Assembly: GCA_034006915.1 (NCBI GenBank)
Contig: JAVERW010000004.1
Location: forward strand, 8,458-72,457
Length of the DNA stretch: 64,000 bases
Origin: Desulfuromonadaceae bacterium
Lineage (GTDB): Bacteria; Desulfobacterota; Desulfuromonadia; Desulfuromonadales; Desulfuromonadaceae
Direction: 5' to 3'
Part shown: positions 26,626-35,626 of the stretch, piece by piece
Layout: every line of letters starts with the position of its first letter
Numbering within the stretch: the stretch's first letter is position 1
Program-made: the position numbers and the translations under genes
The notes under the pieces: generated by a model
Seen by the model: only the letters and a program-made list of their open reading frames with translations
What the model was told of the DNA's origin: nothing
The model's database searches: none

Positions 26626-27707
26626 ACGCGGGGTTGAGGCATGGCATCACCACCGGTACTTGCGCTGCTTTGGCCGCCAAGGCCGCGGCGCTGTTGCTGT
26701 TTCGCCATCAACGGGTGGAGCAGGTGGAGATTGCGCTGCCGGACCACAGCCGTCTGACGTGGGCTGTGGAGTCACTGAAACGCTGCGATGCCGGCGCCGA
26801 AGCGAGCATCATCAAGGATGCCGGGGACGATCCCGATGTAACGCACGGTGCCCGGATTCGCGTGAGGGTCACTCCATCTCGTGGCACAGATGTCAACTTT
26901 CGCGCTGGATCAGGCGTTGGCATTGTCACCCAGCCCGGCCTGGCTCTGAGTGTAGGCGAAGCAGCCATCAACCCGGTGCCGCGCGCCATGATCACCGCAG
27001 CTATTCGCGAAGTTACCAACCACGGCATCATGGTCACCGTGACCGTGGACGGCGGCGAAGAATTGGCGGCAAAAACCTTTAACCCCAAACTCGGTATTGA
27101 GGGTGGTATTTCCATCATTGGTACCAGCGGTCGGGTGCGTCCATTCAGCGCTTCGGCCCTGCAGGAGTCGCTCAAATGTGCCCTGGATATCTGCATCGCC
27201 AGCCACACCACTGCCCCTGTGTTTGTGCCGGGTAACATGGGACGCACCGCCGCTCTACATGCCTTCCAGCTCAAAAGCCGACAGGTGGTGGAAGTGAGCA
27301 ATGAGTGGGGTTACATGCTGGAACTGGCGCAAGAGCAGGCGTTTGAGAAGCTGTTGCTGCTCGGCCACCCCGGCAAGCTGGCCAAACTGGCCATGGGGCA
27401 GTGGAATACTCACTCCAGCCAGTCACCGAGTGCCGTACCCTTTGTCGCTGCCCTGGCGTCTCAGATGATAAAACAAAACATTTCCGACAGCACCACTGTC
27501 GAAGGACTGTTTATGCAACATCTCACTTCAACACAACGCCATAGGGTCGCGAATCGTCTTGCCGAGGCTATTCAACACAAAACCGCCGAGACGTTTCCCG
27601 CCTCCTGGCAAGGGCAGGTGGTGCTGATCAATCTCAAGGGTGAGATCCTCGGCAGCGCCGGTGATTTGCACCCCTGGCTGCCTCATCCCGAGGAGGACTC
27701 GCTATGA
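26622..27707 (+). CDS. cbiD: cobalt-precorrin-5B C1-methyltransferase
   Basis: Start at ATG 26622 (MNAGLRHGITTGTCAALAAKAA...), the typical CbiD N-terminus. Confidence 0.85.
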   Translation: MNAGLRHGITTGTCAALAAKAAALLLFRHQRVEQVEIALPDHSRLTWAVESLKRCDAGAEASIIKDAGDDPDVTHGARIRVRVTPSRGTDVNFRAGSGVGIVTQPGLALSVGEAAINPVPRAMITAAIREVTNHGIMVTVTVDGGEELAAKTFNPKLGIEGGISIIGTSGRVRPFSASALQESLKCALDICIASHTTAPVFVPGNMGRTAALHAFQLKSRQVVEVSNEWGYMLELAQEQAFEKLLLLGHPGKLAKLAMGQWNTHSSQSPSAVPFVAALASQMIKQNISDSTTVEGLFMQHLTSTQRHRVANRLAEAIQHKTAETFPASWQGQVVLINLKGEILGSAGDLHPWLPHPEEDSL

Positions 27708-28336
27708 CGTCTCCCATTACCATTGCCGGGTGTGGGCCAGGTCATCCCGACTACCTTACAACGGCGGTGCATAACGCCGTGAATTCCGCCGAAGTACTGG
27801 TCGGCGCACGCCATCTGCTGTCACTGTTTCCCGCCGACAACGCCGTGCGTCTGACCGTTGATACCGATATTGCGGCCGTACTCGCAGAGATGGAAAACTA
27901 CCGCGATCGGTATATGGTGGTGCTCGTCTCGGGCGACAGCGGTTTGTTCAGTCTGGCACGCCGTGTCCAACAGCACTTCGGGCATGAACATTGCCGCATG
28001 ATCCCCGGCATAAGCTCAGTGCAGGTGACCTGCGCCCGGTTGGGCATCGACTGGCACGACCTGCGTATTATCAGCGCCCACGGTCGAACCCCTGAAGCAA
28101 CCATTGATGAACTGCAAGCCTGGCGCAAGATCGTCATCCTCGCCGGAACCAGCGCTGCCAACGAATGGGCCGCCGACCTGCTGGAGCAGTTGGGAGAAAA
28201 GTATCGAGCCACCGTGTGTGAGAACCTCACCTTGCCCGAAGAGAAGATTCAGACTTGTGATGCCAGGACATTACGTCAAAAAACCTTGGCATCGCGCACT
28301 ATCATTGTTCTGCTCCATCAGGAGGTGACGGCATGA
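27704..28336 (+). CDS. cbiE: cobalt-precorrin-7 C5-methyltransferase (CbiE only, no CbiT domain)
   Basis: 210 aa TP-methylase. ITIAGCGPGHPDYLTTAVHNAVNSAEVLVGARHLL. Too short for a CbiET fusion. Confidence 0.75.
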   Translation: MTSPITIAGCGPGHPDYLTTAVHNAVNSAEVLVGARHLLSLFPADNAVRLTVDTDIAAVLAEMENYRDRYMVVLVSGDSGLFSLARRVQQHFGHEHCRMIPGISSVQVTCARLGIDWHDLRIISAHGRTPEATIDELQAWRKIVILAGTSAANEWAADLLEQLGEKYRATVCENLTLPEEKIQTCDARTLRQKTLASRTIIVLLHQEVTA

Positions 28337-29064
28337 CCCAGCCGCAACAGGGAACGTTTTACGGAGTTGGCGTCGGCCCCGGCGACCCGGAGCTGCTTAC
28401 CCTCAAGGCGGTGCGCGTGTTGCGCCACAGTGACGCCATCTACGTGCCGGTGTCGCGGCTAAGCCGCCAGAACCATGTCGCCGATATCGCCGCCGCCTAT
28501 GCGAGCGCAGAGTGCGAAGTGGTACGGGTGAGCTTCTCTCTGGGCGGTCACACTGTCACACGTCAGCAGCACTGGCATGAGACCGCGCAGGAGATTGCCG
28601 GCCGCTTGCAGGTCGGGCAGGATGTGACCCTGGTCACCCTGGGTGATGCACTGCTCTACTCCACCCACATCTACCTGCTGCGCGCCCTGTATGCGGTTTT
28701 TCCAAAGGCCAAAGTGGAAACCGTGCCGGGCATCAGCGCTGTAAGTACCGCCGCCGCTCTCACCCAATACCCGCTCGGTGAAGGGGAGCAACCGCTGAGC
28801 ATTATCCCGGCAGCCAATGATGTGAAAAAGCTTCGCGACTTGATAACATCCGGCAGCGGCGTGGCCATCATGAAAATCGGCCACCGCCTGCCGCAACTGA
28901 TCAAATTGCTCGACCAGTGCCACGCCCTGGAGCGCAGCGTGTTTGTCGCCCGCGCCGGGTTGCCGGAGCAACGAATAGAGCTGGATTTAGTCCAACTCTG
29001 CAATGCGCCAGCGGATATCGGGAATTTGGCGGTGATTCTGGTAGCACCGAAGTGCGATAGGTAA
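28333..29064 (+). CDS. second CbiL/CobI-like TP-methylase
   Basis: FYGVGVGPGDPELLTLKAVRVLRHSDAIYVPVSR, again the C20-methyltransferase pattern. The exact step is uncertain. Confidence 0.6.
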   Translation: MTQPQQGTFYGVGVGPGDPELLTLKAVRVLRHSDAIYVPVSRLSRQNHVADIAAAYASAECEVVRVSFSLGGHTVTRQQHWHETAQEIAGRLQVGQDVTLVTLGDALLYSTHIYLLRALYAVFPKAKVETVPGISAVSTAAALTQYPLGEGEQPLSIIPAANDVKKLRDLITSGSGVAIMKIGHRLPQLIKLLDQCHALERSVFVARAGLPEQRIELDLVQLCNAPADIGNLAVILVAPKCDR

Positions 29065-29118
29065 GAATCAATAAAATGGAGAAGCAGAAATTAATAACTT
29101 TAACGATAGGGTTTTATT

Positions 29119-29916
29119 ATGAAAGTCATATTCGTCGGTGCCGGCCCTGGTGACCCCGACCTGCTCACCGTCAAGGCCAGACGCCTGCTGCGCCAGTGCC
29201 ACATCTGCGTGTATGCAGGGTCTCTGGTCAGTCCAGAGGTGGTGGATCTGGTCCCGGAGAACGCCGAGCTGCACGACTCCGCCGCCATGACCCTGGAGCA
29301 GATCGAGGCGGTGTTCGTCAGCGCTCAGCAGCAGGACATTGACGTCATCCGCTTGCACACCGGGGATCCGGCCATATACGGTGCGATCCGCGAGCAGATG
29401 AACATCCTTGACCGTCTCGGCATTGACTACGAGGTGGTACCGGGCATCAGCTCCTTTCAGGCTTCGGCCGCCGTGCTCAAGACTGAGCTGACCGCGCCGG
29501 AGATCGCCCAGACCATAATCCTCAGCCGCACATCGGGGCGCACACCCATGCCTGCAAAGCAGGATTTGGCTGAACTGGCAGGCACTGAATCGACTTTGTG
29601 CCTGTTCCTGTCGGTGCACAAGCTGGGCACGGTGGTTGGCGAACTGATACCCTATTACGGCGTCGATTGCCCCATCGGTGTGGTCTTCCGCGCCAGTTGG
29701 CCTGACGAGGTGGTAATTCAGGGAACCCTGGCGGATATCGCGCCCAAGGTGGCTGCAGCAGGTATTACCAAAACGGCCATGATCGTAGTCGGTCCCGCGA
29801 TTGGATCAGACCGGGCACATGACATCCCGGTGTCCAAACTGTATCACCGCCACTTCAGCCACGGCTATCGCAACGCCGAAGCCAACGATGAGAGCAGCGA
29901 CGGAGCAGATTCATGA
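29119..29916 (+). CDS. cbiF: cobalt-precorrin-4 C11-methyltransferase
   Basis: MKVIFVGAGPGDPDLLTVKARRLLRQCHICVYAGSLV is typical of CbiF/CobM. Confidence 0.85.
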   Translation: MKVIFVGAGPGDPDLLTVKARRLLRQCHICVYAGSLVSPEVVDLVPENAELHDSAAMTLEQIEAVFVSAQQQDIDVIRLHTGDPAIYGAIREQMNILDRLGIDYEVVPGISSFQASAAVLKTELTAPEIAQTIILSRTSGRTPMPAKQDLAELAGTESTLCLFLSVHKLGTVVGELIPYYGVDCPIGVVFRASWPDEVVIQGTLADIAPKVAAAGITKTAMIVVGPAIGSDRAHDIPVSKLYHRHFSHGYRNAEANDESSDGADS

Positions 29917-30692
29917 CTACGGCCGTGATCACCTTTTCACCGCAAGGTCTCAAGGTGATGCAACTGATTGGCCTCCATATAGAGGTAGACCAATATCTGC
30001 ACCAGTCCATTGCTGCTCCACCTGGCGTGACATCGTTTGAACGGGTTGTCGAGCTTACTGACGAGATTTTCAACCGCTATGCTGGTCTGGTTTATGTGGC
30101 GCCATGCGGTGTGGCGATACGCGCCATTGCTCCGCTTGTCGACAGCAAGCTGCGTGACCCGGCCGTAGTGTGTCTTGATGTCGGTGCGCGTCACGCAATG
30201 AGCGTATTGAGTGGCCATGAGGGTGGCGCTAATGATCTGGCCATCTCCGTTGCCAATATTACCGGCGCTGAACCGGTAATCTCCACTACCACCGAGGCAG
30301 TCAAAGACCTGATAATCGGCATCGGCTGTCGCAAAGGTAAAAGCGCTGCGGATATCTGTAGCGCCGTCACCACGAGTCTGTCCGGCCTTGATATGCCGCT
30401 TGAGAGAGTGCGCTTTCTCGCCACCGCAGATGTCAAGGCCCAGGAGGCCGGGGTGCTGAAGGCAGCCACCCGTCTCAACATCCCCTTACGTGTGATCGAT
30501 TCCGATCTGATCCGCCAAAGTACGCGGCCGTTCGGTCATTCGGAGTTTGTCGCCAGTCACGTACAACTGCCCGCGGTGAGTGAACCCGCGGCCCTGCTCG
30601 CAGGACGGAGGACGTCATTACTACTTCAGAAAACCGCCTTCAAAGGCATCACCATTGCGATCGCACGGGAAAACTGTTTCTCGTTGGTTTAG
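29913..30692 (+). CDS. cbiG: cobalt-precorrin-5A hydrolase
   Basis: CbiG_N (SGHEGGANDLA) and CbiG_C (IGIGCRKGKSAADI) signatures. TAG stop at 30690-30692 lies inside the cbiH N-terminal coding region. Confidence 0.8.
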   Translation: MTTAVITFSPQGLKVMQLIGLHIEVDQYLHQSIAAPPGVTSFERVVELTDEIFNRYAGLVYVAPCGVAIRAIAPLVDSKLRDPAVVCLDVGARHAMSVLSGHEGGANDLAISVANITGAEPVISTTTEAVKDLIIGIGCRKGKSAADICSAVTTSLSGLDMPLERVRFLATADVKAQEAGVLKAATRLNIPLRVIDSDLIRQSTRPFGHSEFVASHVQLPAVSEPAALLAGRRTSLLLQKTAFKGITIAIARENCFSLV

Positions 30693-31405
30693 GCCCCGGC
30701 AGCATTGCCGACCGCACCGCCCGTGCCACTCAAGCTATCTGTGCCAGTGAAGTGATCGTTGGCTATGGGCCCTATGTGGACAGCATCGACGATCTGATCA
30801 CAGATCAGCAGGTGATCATCTCAGGAATGATGAAAGAGGTCGAACGCTGCCGATCTGCACTGGATGAAGCGAACGCAGGAAAAAACGTGGTGTTGATCTC
30901 ATCAGGGGATGCAGGTATGTACGGCATGGCCGGACTGGCTATGGAGATGGCCGCGGCTGCCGGCTACCACATACCCGTGGAGGTGATCCCCGGGGTCACT
31001 GCGGCGAACTCGGCTGCGGCTTTACTCGGCGCACCACTGATGCTCGACAGCGCCACCATCAGCCTTAGTGATCTGCTGGTGCCGTGGGAGATGATTGTCA
31101 CCCGCCTTGAAGCCGTGGCTGCCGCCGATCTGGTGGTGTCACTATACAATCCGCGCAGCAAGAAGCGGGTGATGCAGCTTGAAGAAGCGACGCGCATTTT
31201 CCGCGCCCGGCGTTCCGGCACCACGCCCGTTGGCATCGCCACAGCCGTGGGCAGCACCGAAGAGCAGGTGGTGCTCACCGACCTCGACCATCTGCTGGAT
31301 CAGGAGGTGGGGATGCGTTCGGTGGTTATCATCGGCAATTCCACCACCTGTGTGTTGGACGGGCGCATGGTCACGCCTCGCGGCTATTACCGCGGAAAGG
31401 CGTAA
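30665..31405 (+). CDS. cbiH: cobalt-factor-III (precorrin-3B) C17-methyltransferase; no canonical start codon
   Basis: Frame 2 is open from 30584 and encodes (T)GKLFLVGLGPGSIADRTARATQAICASEVIVGYGPY. The first ATG/GTG/TTG is GTG 30752, which would delete the GxGxG SAM motif. ACG 30665 or CTG 30674 would serve as the start, or a -1 shift from cbiG. Confidence 0.7.
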   Translation, partial: TGKLFLVGLGPGSIADRTARATQAICASEVIVGYGPYVDSIDDLITDQQVIISGMMKEVERCRSALDEANAGKNVVLISSGDAGMYGMAGLAMEMAAAAGYHIPVEVIPGVTAANSAAALLGAPLMLDSATISLSDLLVPWEMIVTRLEAVAAADLVVSLYNPRSKKRVMQLEEATRIFRARRSGTTPVGIATAVGSTEEQVVLTDLDHLLDQEVGMRSVVIIGNSTTCVLDGRMVTPRGYYRGKA

Positions 31406-31408
31406 AAC

Positions 31409-32212
31409 ATGAATGGTGGACCACAGATTCTGCTCCTCGGCGGTACCAGCGAAACCGCACCTCTGGCCGTCAAACTGGCCACGGCGGGCTATCAGGTGCT
31501 GGTATCTACAGCTACGGATGCCGGTCTCGACGTAGGTGAGCATCCCGCTATACGCCGTCGTTGTGGGCGCCTGAACCAGGATCAGATCTTCGCGCTGATC
31601 CAACAGGAGCAGATGGCGGCTGTCATTGACGCTACTCATCCATATGCCCACGATGTCCATCAGGCGGCACGTGTTGCGGCCGAGTACAGTCACTGCCCCT
31701 ATTTACGTTACCAGCGCCCGGCTTTGTTGGATGTGTTTGGCGAATGTTTAACAGCACTAGATCACGACGAGGCCGCTAGGTTGGCCTGCGCCGACGGTCG
31801 ACCGGTGCTGCTCACTACCGGCTCGCGTCATCTCTCACCCTATGTAGCACAGGCTAATCGAAACCAGGTTGCTCTGTTTGCAAGGATGCTCGATCATCCC
31901 GAGACTGTGGCTGCCTGCGCGCAGGCCGGATTGCCCGAAGCGGGGCGCATCTTCGATCGCGGGCCATTCAGCCTAGAGCAAAACCGCGCACTGATCCGCC
32001 GGCACAACATCGGTGTGCTGGTCACCAAAGACAGCGGCCACGCCGGAGGCGTGGTGGAAAAGCTCGAAGCTGCCCGCCTGGAACAGTGTCGGGTCATCGT
32101 GGTGCAACGCCCTGACGAAACAATGGATAATACTTTTTACGCCATGGACCAGCTGGTTGCAGCGCTGCTACAGGGTTGCAACCAGCTGTCAAATACAGGA
32201 GAAACAATGTGA
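31409..32212 (+). CDS. cbiJ: cobalt-precorrin-6A reductase
   Basis: ILLLGGTSETAPLAVKLATAGYQVLVSTAT; CobK/CbiJ pattern and size. Confidence 0.8.
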   Translation: MNGGPQILLLGGTSETAPLAVKLATAGYQVLVSTATDAGLDVGEHPAIRRRCGRLNQDQIFALIQQEQMAAVIDATHPYAHDVHQAARVAAEYSHCPYLRYQRPALLDVFGECLTALDHDEAARLACADGRPVLLTTGSRHLSPYVAQANRNQVALFARMLDHPETVAACAQAGLPEAGRIFDRGPFSLEQNRALIRRHNIGVLVTKDSGHAGGVVEKLEAARLEQCRVIVVQRPDETMDNTFYAMDQLVAALLQGCNQLSNTGETM

Positions 32213-33555
32213 ACGAAACCACACGGGTTTATCTGGTAGGTGCAGGTCCCGGTGATAGCGGCCTGATCACGGTAAAAGGCAAGCGCTGCCTGCAGAGCGC
32301 CGATGTGGTGCTCTACGACCGCCTGTGCAATCCAGTGCTGCTTGAGGACGTGCCCCCGACTGCCGAACAGATCTACGTTGGCAAAAATATGGGGCATCAC
32401 GCTCTACCCCAGGAGCATATTAATGCATTGCTGGTGGAGAAAGCGCGTGAGGGTAGGGTGGTAGTGCGCCTCAAGGGCGGCGATCCGTTTGTATTCGGTC
32501 GTGGTGGCGAGGAGATTGACACCCTTGCCGAGGCGGGCATTCCTTTTGAAGTAGTGCCCGGCGTCACTGCCGGATTCGCCGCCGGAGCCTACGCGGGTAT
32601 TCCCCTGACCCATCGCGACTTTACCACCAGCGTAACCCTGGTCACCGGCCATCTCAACACCCGCAAAGACCACCAGCGCGATATCGACTGGACCACTCTT
32701 GGGAGGGGTCATGGAACCCTGGTGTTTTACATGGGTCTGACGAACATCGCCACCATCTGTGCCGAATTGATTCACCATGGCCGCGCTGAAGACACTCCGG
32801 TGGCTGTGGTCAGTCATGCCTCAACCCCCCAACAGCGTACCCTCATAGCCACCCTGGCTGATGCGCCGCAGCAGGTGGAACAGCAAGGCGTCACTACCCC
32901 AGCGGTAATACTGGTCGGCGATGTGGTGCGCCTGCATGAGCGGCTTGACTGGTTTCAGCGCAGCTTGACTATGGGCGAAGAATCACCAGAGAATACAAAA
33001 CCTGAAGTGGCTGAAGCAACAGAGGAAACTGAAAGCACCCGAAACAACATCCTCATCTTCACCGGCAACGGCAAGGGCAAATCCACCGCCGCCTTCGGCA
33101 TGGCATTACGTGCCATCGGTCACGGTCAGCGGGTGCGCGTTCTCCAGTTCATGAAGAACGCCACCGATGTCGGTGAGCTGACGGCGTTGGAACGACTTGG
33201 CGTGCCTGTTGAGCAATGCGGCCTCGGTTTTGTACCCAAGCCGGATCATCCTCTTTTTGCGGATCATTGCAAAGCTGCCGAGCGGGGGCTGGATCGCGCC
33301 GAATCCGCTATCTTCAGCGGCAAATATGACCTGATTATTCTTGACGAACTCTGCGGCACTGTGGCAAAGGGGCTAATAAGTGAGGATAGAGTAACCGATC
33401 TGTTATACCGTCCCCCGGCGGGTGTAAATCTGGTCCTTACCGGTCGCTATGCATCTGATGCATTGATTGAAGCAGCAGATACAGTCAGTGAAATACAGCC
33501 AGTAAAGCACGCCCTAAAGCAGGGGATACCGGCGCGCAAAGGGGTTGAATTTTGA
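32209..33555 (+). CDS. cobA-cobO: fusion of uroporphyrinogen-III C-methyltransferase (SUMT) and cob(I)yrinic acid a,c-diamide adenosyltransferase (CobO/BtuR)
   Basis: GTG 32209, 7 nt after AGGAG. N-terminus [33 protein letters not shown] (SUMT). An acidic linker follows, then [36 protein letters not shown]...LIILDEL (CobA_CobO_BtuR P-loop). Confidence 0.8.
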   Translation: MNETTRVYLVGAGPGDSGLITVKGKRCLQSADVVLYDRLCNPVLLEDVPPTAEQIYVGKNMGHHALPQEHINALLVEKAREGRVVVRLKGGDPFVFGRGGEEIDTLAEAGIPFEVVPGVTAGFAAGAYAGIPLTHRDFTTSVTLVTGHLNTRKDHQRDIDWTTLGRGHGTLVFYMGLTNIATICAELIHHGRAEDTPVAVVSHASTPQQRTLIATLADAPQQVEQQGVTTPAVILVGDVVRLHERLDWFQRSLTMGEESPENTKPEVAEATEETESTRNNILIFTGNGKGKSTAAFGMALRAIGHGQRVRVLQFMKNATDVGELTALERLGVPVEQCGLGFVPKPDHPLFADHCKAAERGLDRAESAIFSGKYDLIILDELCGTVAKGLISEDRVTDLLYRPPAGVNLVLTGRYASDALIEAADTVSEIQPVKHALKQGIPARKGVEF

Positions 33556-34943
33556 GAAACTGTCCACGTCTGGTAATTGCCGGCAGCCACAGCGGGGTGG
33601 GCAAATCCTCCCTGACCCTGGCCCTGGTGGCGGCCCTACGCCAACGCGGCCTTAAGGTACAGACCTTCAAAGTCGGACCCGACTATCTTGACCCCGGCCA
33701 TCTCTCCCGTGTGTCGGGGCGCCCGTGTTACAATCTTGATGGCTGGATGTGCGGCCACGACTACGTAACGCGCCTGTTTGCCGAGCGCAGTGCCTCTGCC
33801 GACATCGCCATAATTGAAGGGGTGATGGGCCTATACGATGGCAGCAGCGCAACCAGTCTCGACGGCAGCACTGCCCAGATCGCCGCCTGGCTTCAGGCTC
33901 CTGTAGCCCTGGTGATCAACAGCCACGGCATGGCCCGCAGCCTCGCCGCCATGGTGCATGGCTATGCCAGCTTCGAAACAAGCATCACCCTGGGAGGTGT
34001 AATCGCCAATTTCTGCGGCTCCGAATCCCACGCCACGTTGCTGGACAAAGCGCTACAGGCCGCCAACCTGCCACCACTGCTCGGTGCGATGCGTCGCAAT
34101 GCACTGCCGGATATGCCCAGCCGCCACCTCGGTCTGATTCCCGCCACAGAAACACAGTGGAGTGACAGCATAATCCGCCGACTCGCCACAGCCGCTGAAG
34201 AATATCTCAACATCGATCTTCTGCTGCAACAGGCACAAAACGCACCAGTACTGCCCTACATAGCGCCATTACCCCCGATCAAGACCATCGCCGACGGCAC
34301 AGTGCGTCTGGCGATTGCCCGTGATGCAGCCTTTCAATTTTACTATCAGGATCTATTTGATGCGCTGGAGAATAGCGGCGTTGAGTTCCGGTTTTTCTCT
34401 CCCCTGAATGAGACAGAACTCCCCGCCGAATGTAACGGTCTCTATCTCGGCGGGGGGTATCCGGAAGAACATTCCGAACAGCTGTCAACTAATCACTCCA
34501 TGCTTAACAGCATTAGCGACTTCTGCAACAGTGGACACCCAGTGTATGCCGAGTGCGGTGGGTTGATCTATCTCAGCCAGGGATTGCAGGAAAAAGAGAG
34601 AAGCTGGCCCTTTGTCGGCATACTGCCATGCTGGACCCGAATGCGCTCACGCCGCAAACGTCTTGGATATATAGACGTGACGTTACAGCGTTCCACTTTA
34701 CTCGGTGTTAAGGACACTCAAGTACGTGGACATGAGTTTCATTATTCTGAACTCTGCACTGATCCACTGCAGAAACCCGAGTGGAGCACGGCTTATCAGG
34801 TGCGAATCAACCGGGATGGATCCTTCCATGCCGAGGGATATTGCTATGGAAATGTTTTGGCAAGCTATATCCATCTACATCTGGCCTCAAACTCCCACGT
34901 GTTGGATAGTTTTGTTTCTGCCTTACAAAGATCGCGCAGCTAG
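33552..34943 (+). CDS. cbiA: cobyrinic acid a,c-diamide synthase
   Basis: LVIAGSHSGVGKSSLTLALVAALRQRGLKVQTFKVGPDYLDPGH plus a C-terminal glutaminase domain (YAECGGLIYL). Confidence 0.88.
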   Translation: MRNCPRLVIAGSHSGVGKSSLTLALVAALRQRGLKVQTFKVGPDYLDPGHLSRVSGRPCYNLDGWMCGHDYVTRLFAERSASADIAIIEGVMGLYDGSSATSLDGSTAQIAAWLQAPVALVINSHGMARSLAAMVHGYASFETSITLGGVIANFCGSESHATLLDKALQAANLPPLLGAMRRNALPDMPSRHLGLIPATETQWSDSIIRRLATAAEEYLNIDLLLQQAQNAPVLPYIAPLPPIKTIADGTVRLAIARDAAFQFYYQDLFDALENSGVEFRFFSPLNETELPAECNGLYLGGGYPEEHSEQLSTNHSMLNSISDFCNSGHPVYAECGGLIYLSQGLQEKERSWPFVGILPCWTRMRSRRKRLGYIDVTLQRSTLLGVKDTQVRGHEFHYSELCTDPLQKPEWSTAYQVRINRDGSFHAEGYCYGNVLASYIHLHLASNSHVLDSFVSALQRSRS

Positions 34944-35239
34944 TAACGTTTTACGTTATTAACAAGATGCATCCTTGTTGAGACATGATCATTTCGTTCA
35001 GGTGTAAGGATACCGAGAAGTTGGTAAACATGTGGCGCGTCCGGAGCTTTGTTCACTTTGAGCGTGCTGCCTTGAGGAACAGTTGAAGAATATTCGTCTG
35101 TGGAACTCTGTGCCAGAAATCGAGCACAGTGTATAAAGCTTTTGCGGCAATCAGGGGTACAAAAATAAGTTGCAAACGCAGGGACGAATGGATTATACCT
35201 GTCCTCAGTAACAATGCGGCTTTTGCGGCTGCTGCACAT
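34940..35239 (-). CDS. hypothetical ORF (99 aa), doubtful
   Basis: The only ORF in the 340-bp gap between cbiA and the second riboswitch. No motif or RBS recognised. Confidence 0.15.
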   Translation of the reverse strand: MCSSRKSRIVTEDRYNPFVPAFATYFCTPDCRKSFIHCARFLAQSSTDEYSSTVPQGSTLKVNKAPDAPHVYQLLGILTPERNDHVSTRMHLVNNVKRY

Positions 35240-35281
35240 AATCGGAGCCGGGCTGCCCGGCCACCTAAAACTTAATAATCC

Positions 35282-35451
35282 ACCACGACAGTGTTCAGCC
35301 CTTGCGGTTGATTAAAAGGGAATCCCGTGCAAATCGGGAACGGACCCACCGCTGTAACCGGGTACGACAGGTGCACAATGCCACTGAACTTAGGTTCGGG
35401 AAGGCGCACCTGAAGGATGATCCGGAAGTCAGAAGACCTGCTCTCGTGGTT
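35282..35451 (+). promoter_or_regulatory. cobalamin riboswitch, classical long form, leader of btuB
   Basis: AAAAGGGAATCCCGTGCAAATCGGGAACGGACCCACCGCTGTAACCGGG, GCCACTG...GGGAAGGCG module, and B12 box AGTCAGAAGACCTGC. P1 is ACCACGA (35283-35289) / TCGTGGT (35444-35450). Confidence 0.88.
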
Positions 35452-35516
35452 TTGCAGTCATTTATACCGAAGGGGATGATTCGGTCGACATGCGCAAGGT
35501 CCAGGGTCACAATGGG

Positions 35517-35546
35517 AGCCCGTAGCCGTTTGGTTACGGGCTTTTT
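35517..35546 (+). terminator. intrinsic terminator in the btuB leader (riboswitch expression platform)
   Basis: Stem AGCCCGTAGCC (35517-35527) / GGTTACGGGCT (35532-35542, one G-U pair), followed by TTTT. Confidence 0.65.
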
Positions 35547-35626
35547 GCTGTCCACCACGCCTTAATTTGTCTGAAGCCACCCCGATGTTGTCTTGTTGTT
35601 GCGCACTTAATGCGGGAGCTTTCAGT

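Noticed and set aside
30752-31405. GTG 30752 as the cbiH start
   Set aside because: It would remove the LVGLGPGS SAM-binding loop, which is encoded in the same open frame upstream. See the finding on the cbiG/cbiH junction.
34940-35239. HigB/RelE-type toxin assignment for the 99-aa minus ORF
   Set aside because: I tried aligning all three minus frames to HigB/RelE consensus patterns and found no convincing match. It is kept only as a doubtful hypothetical ORF.
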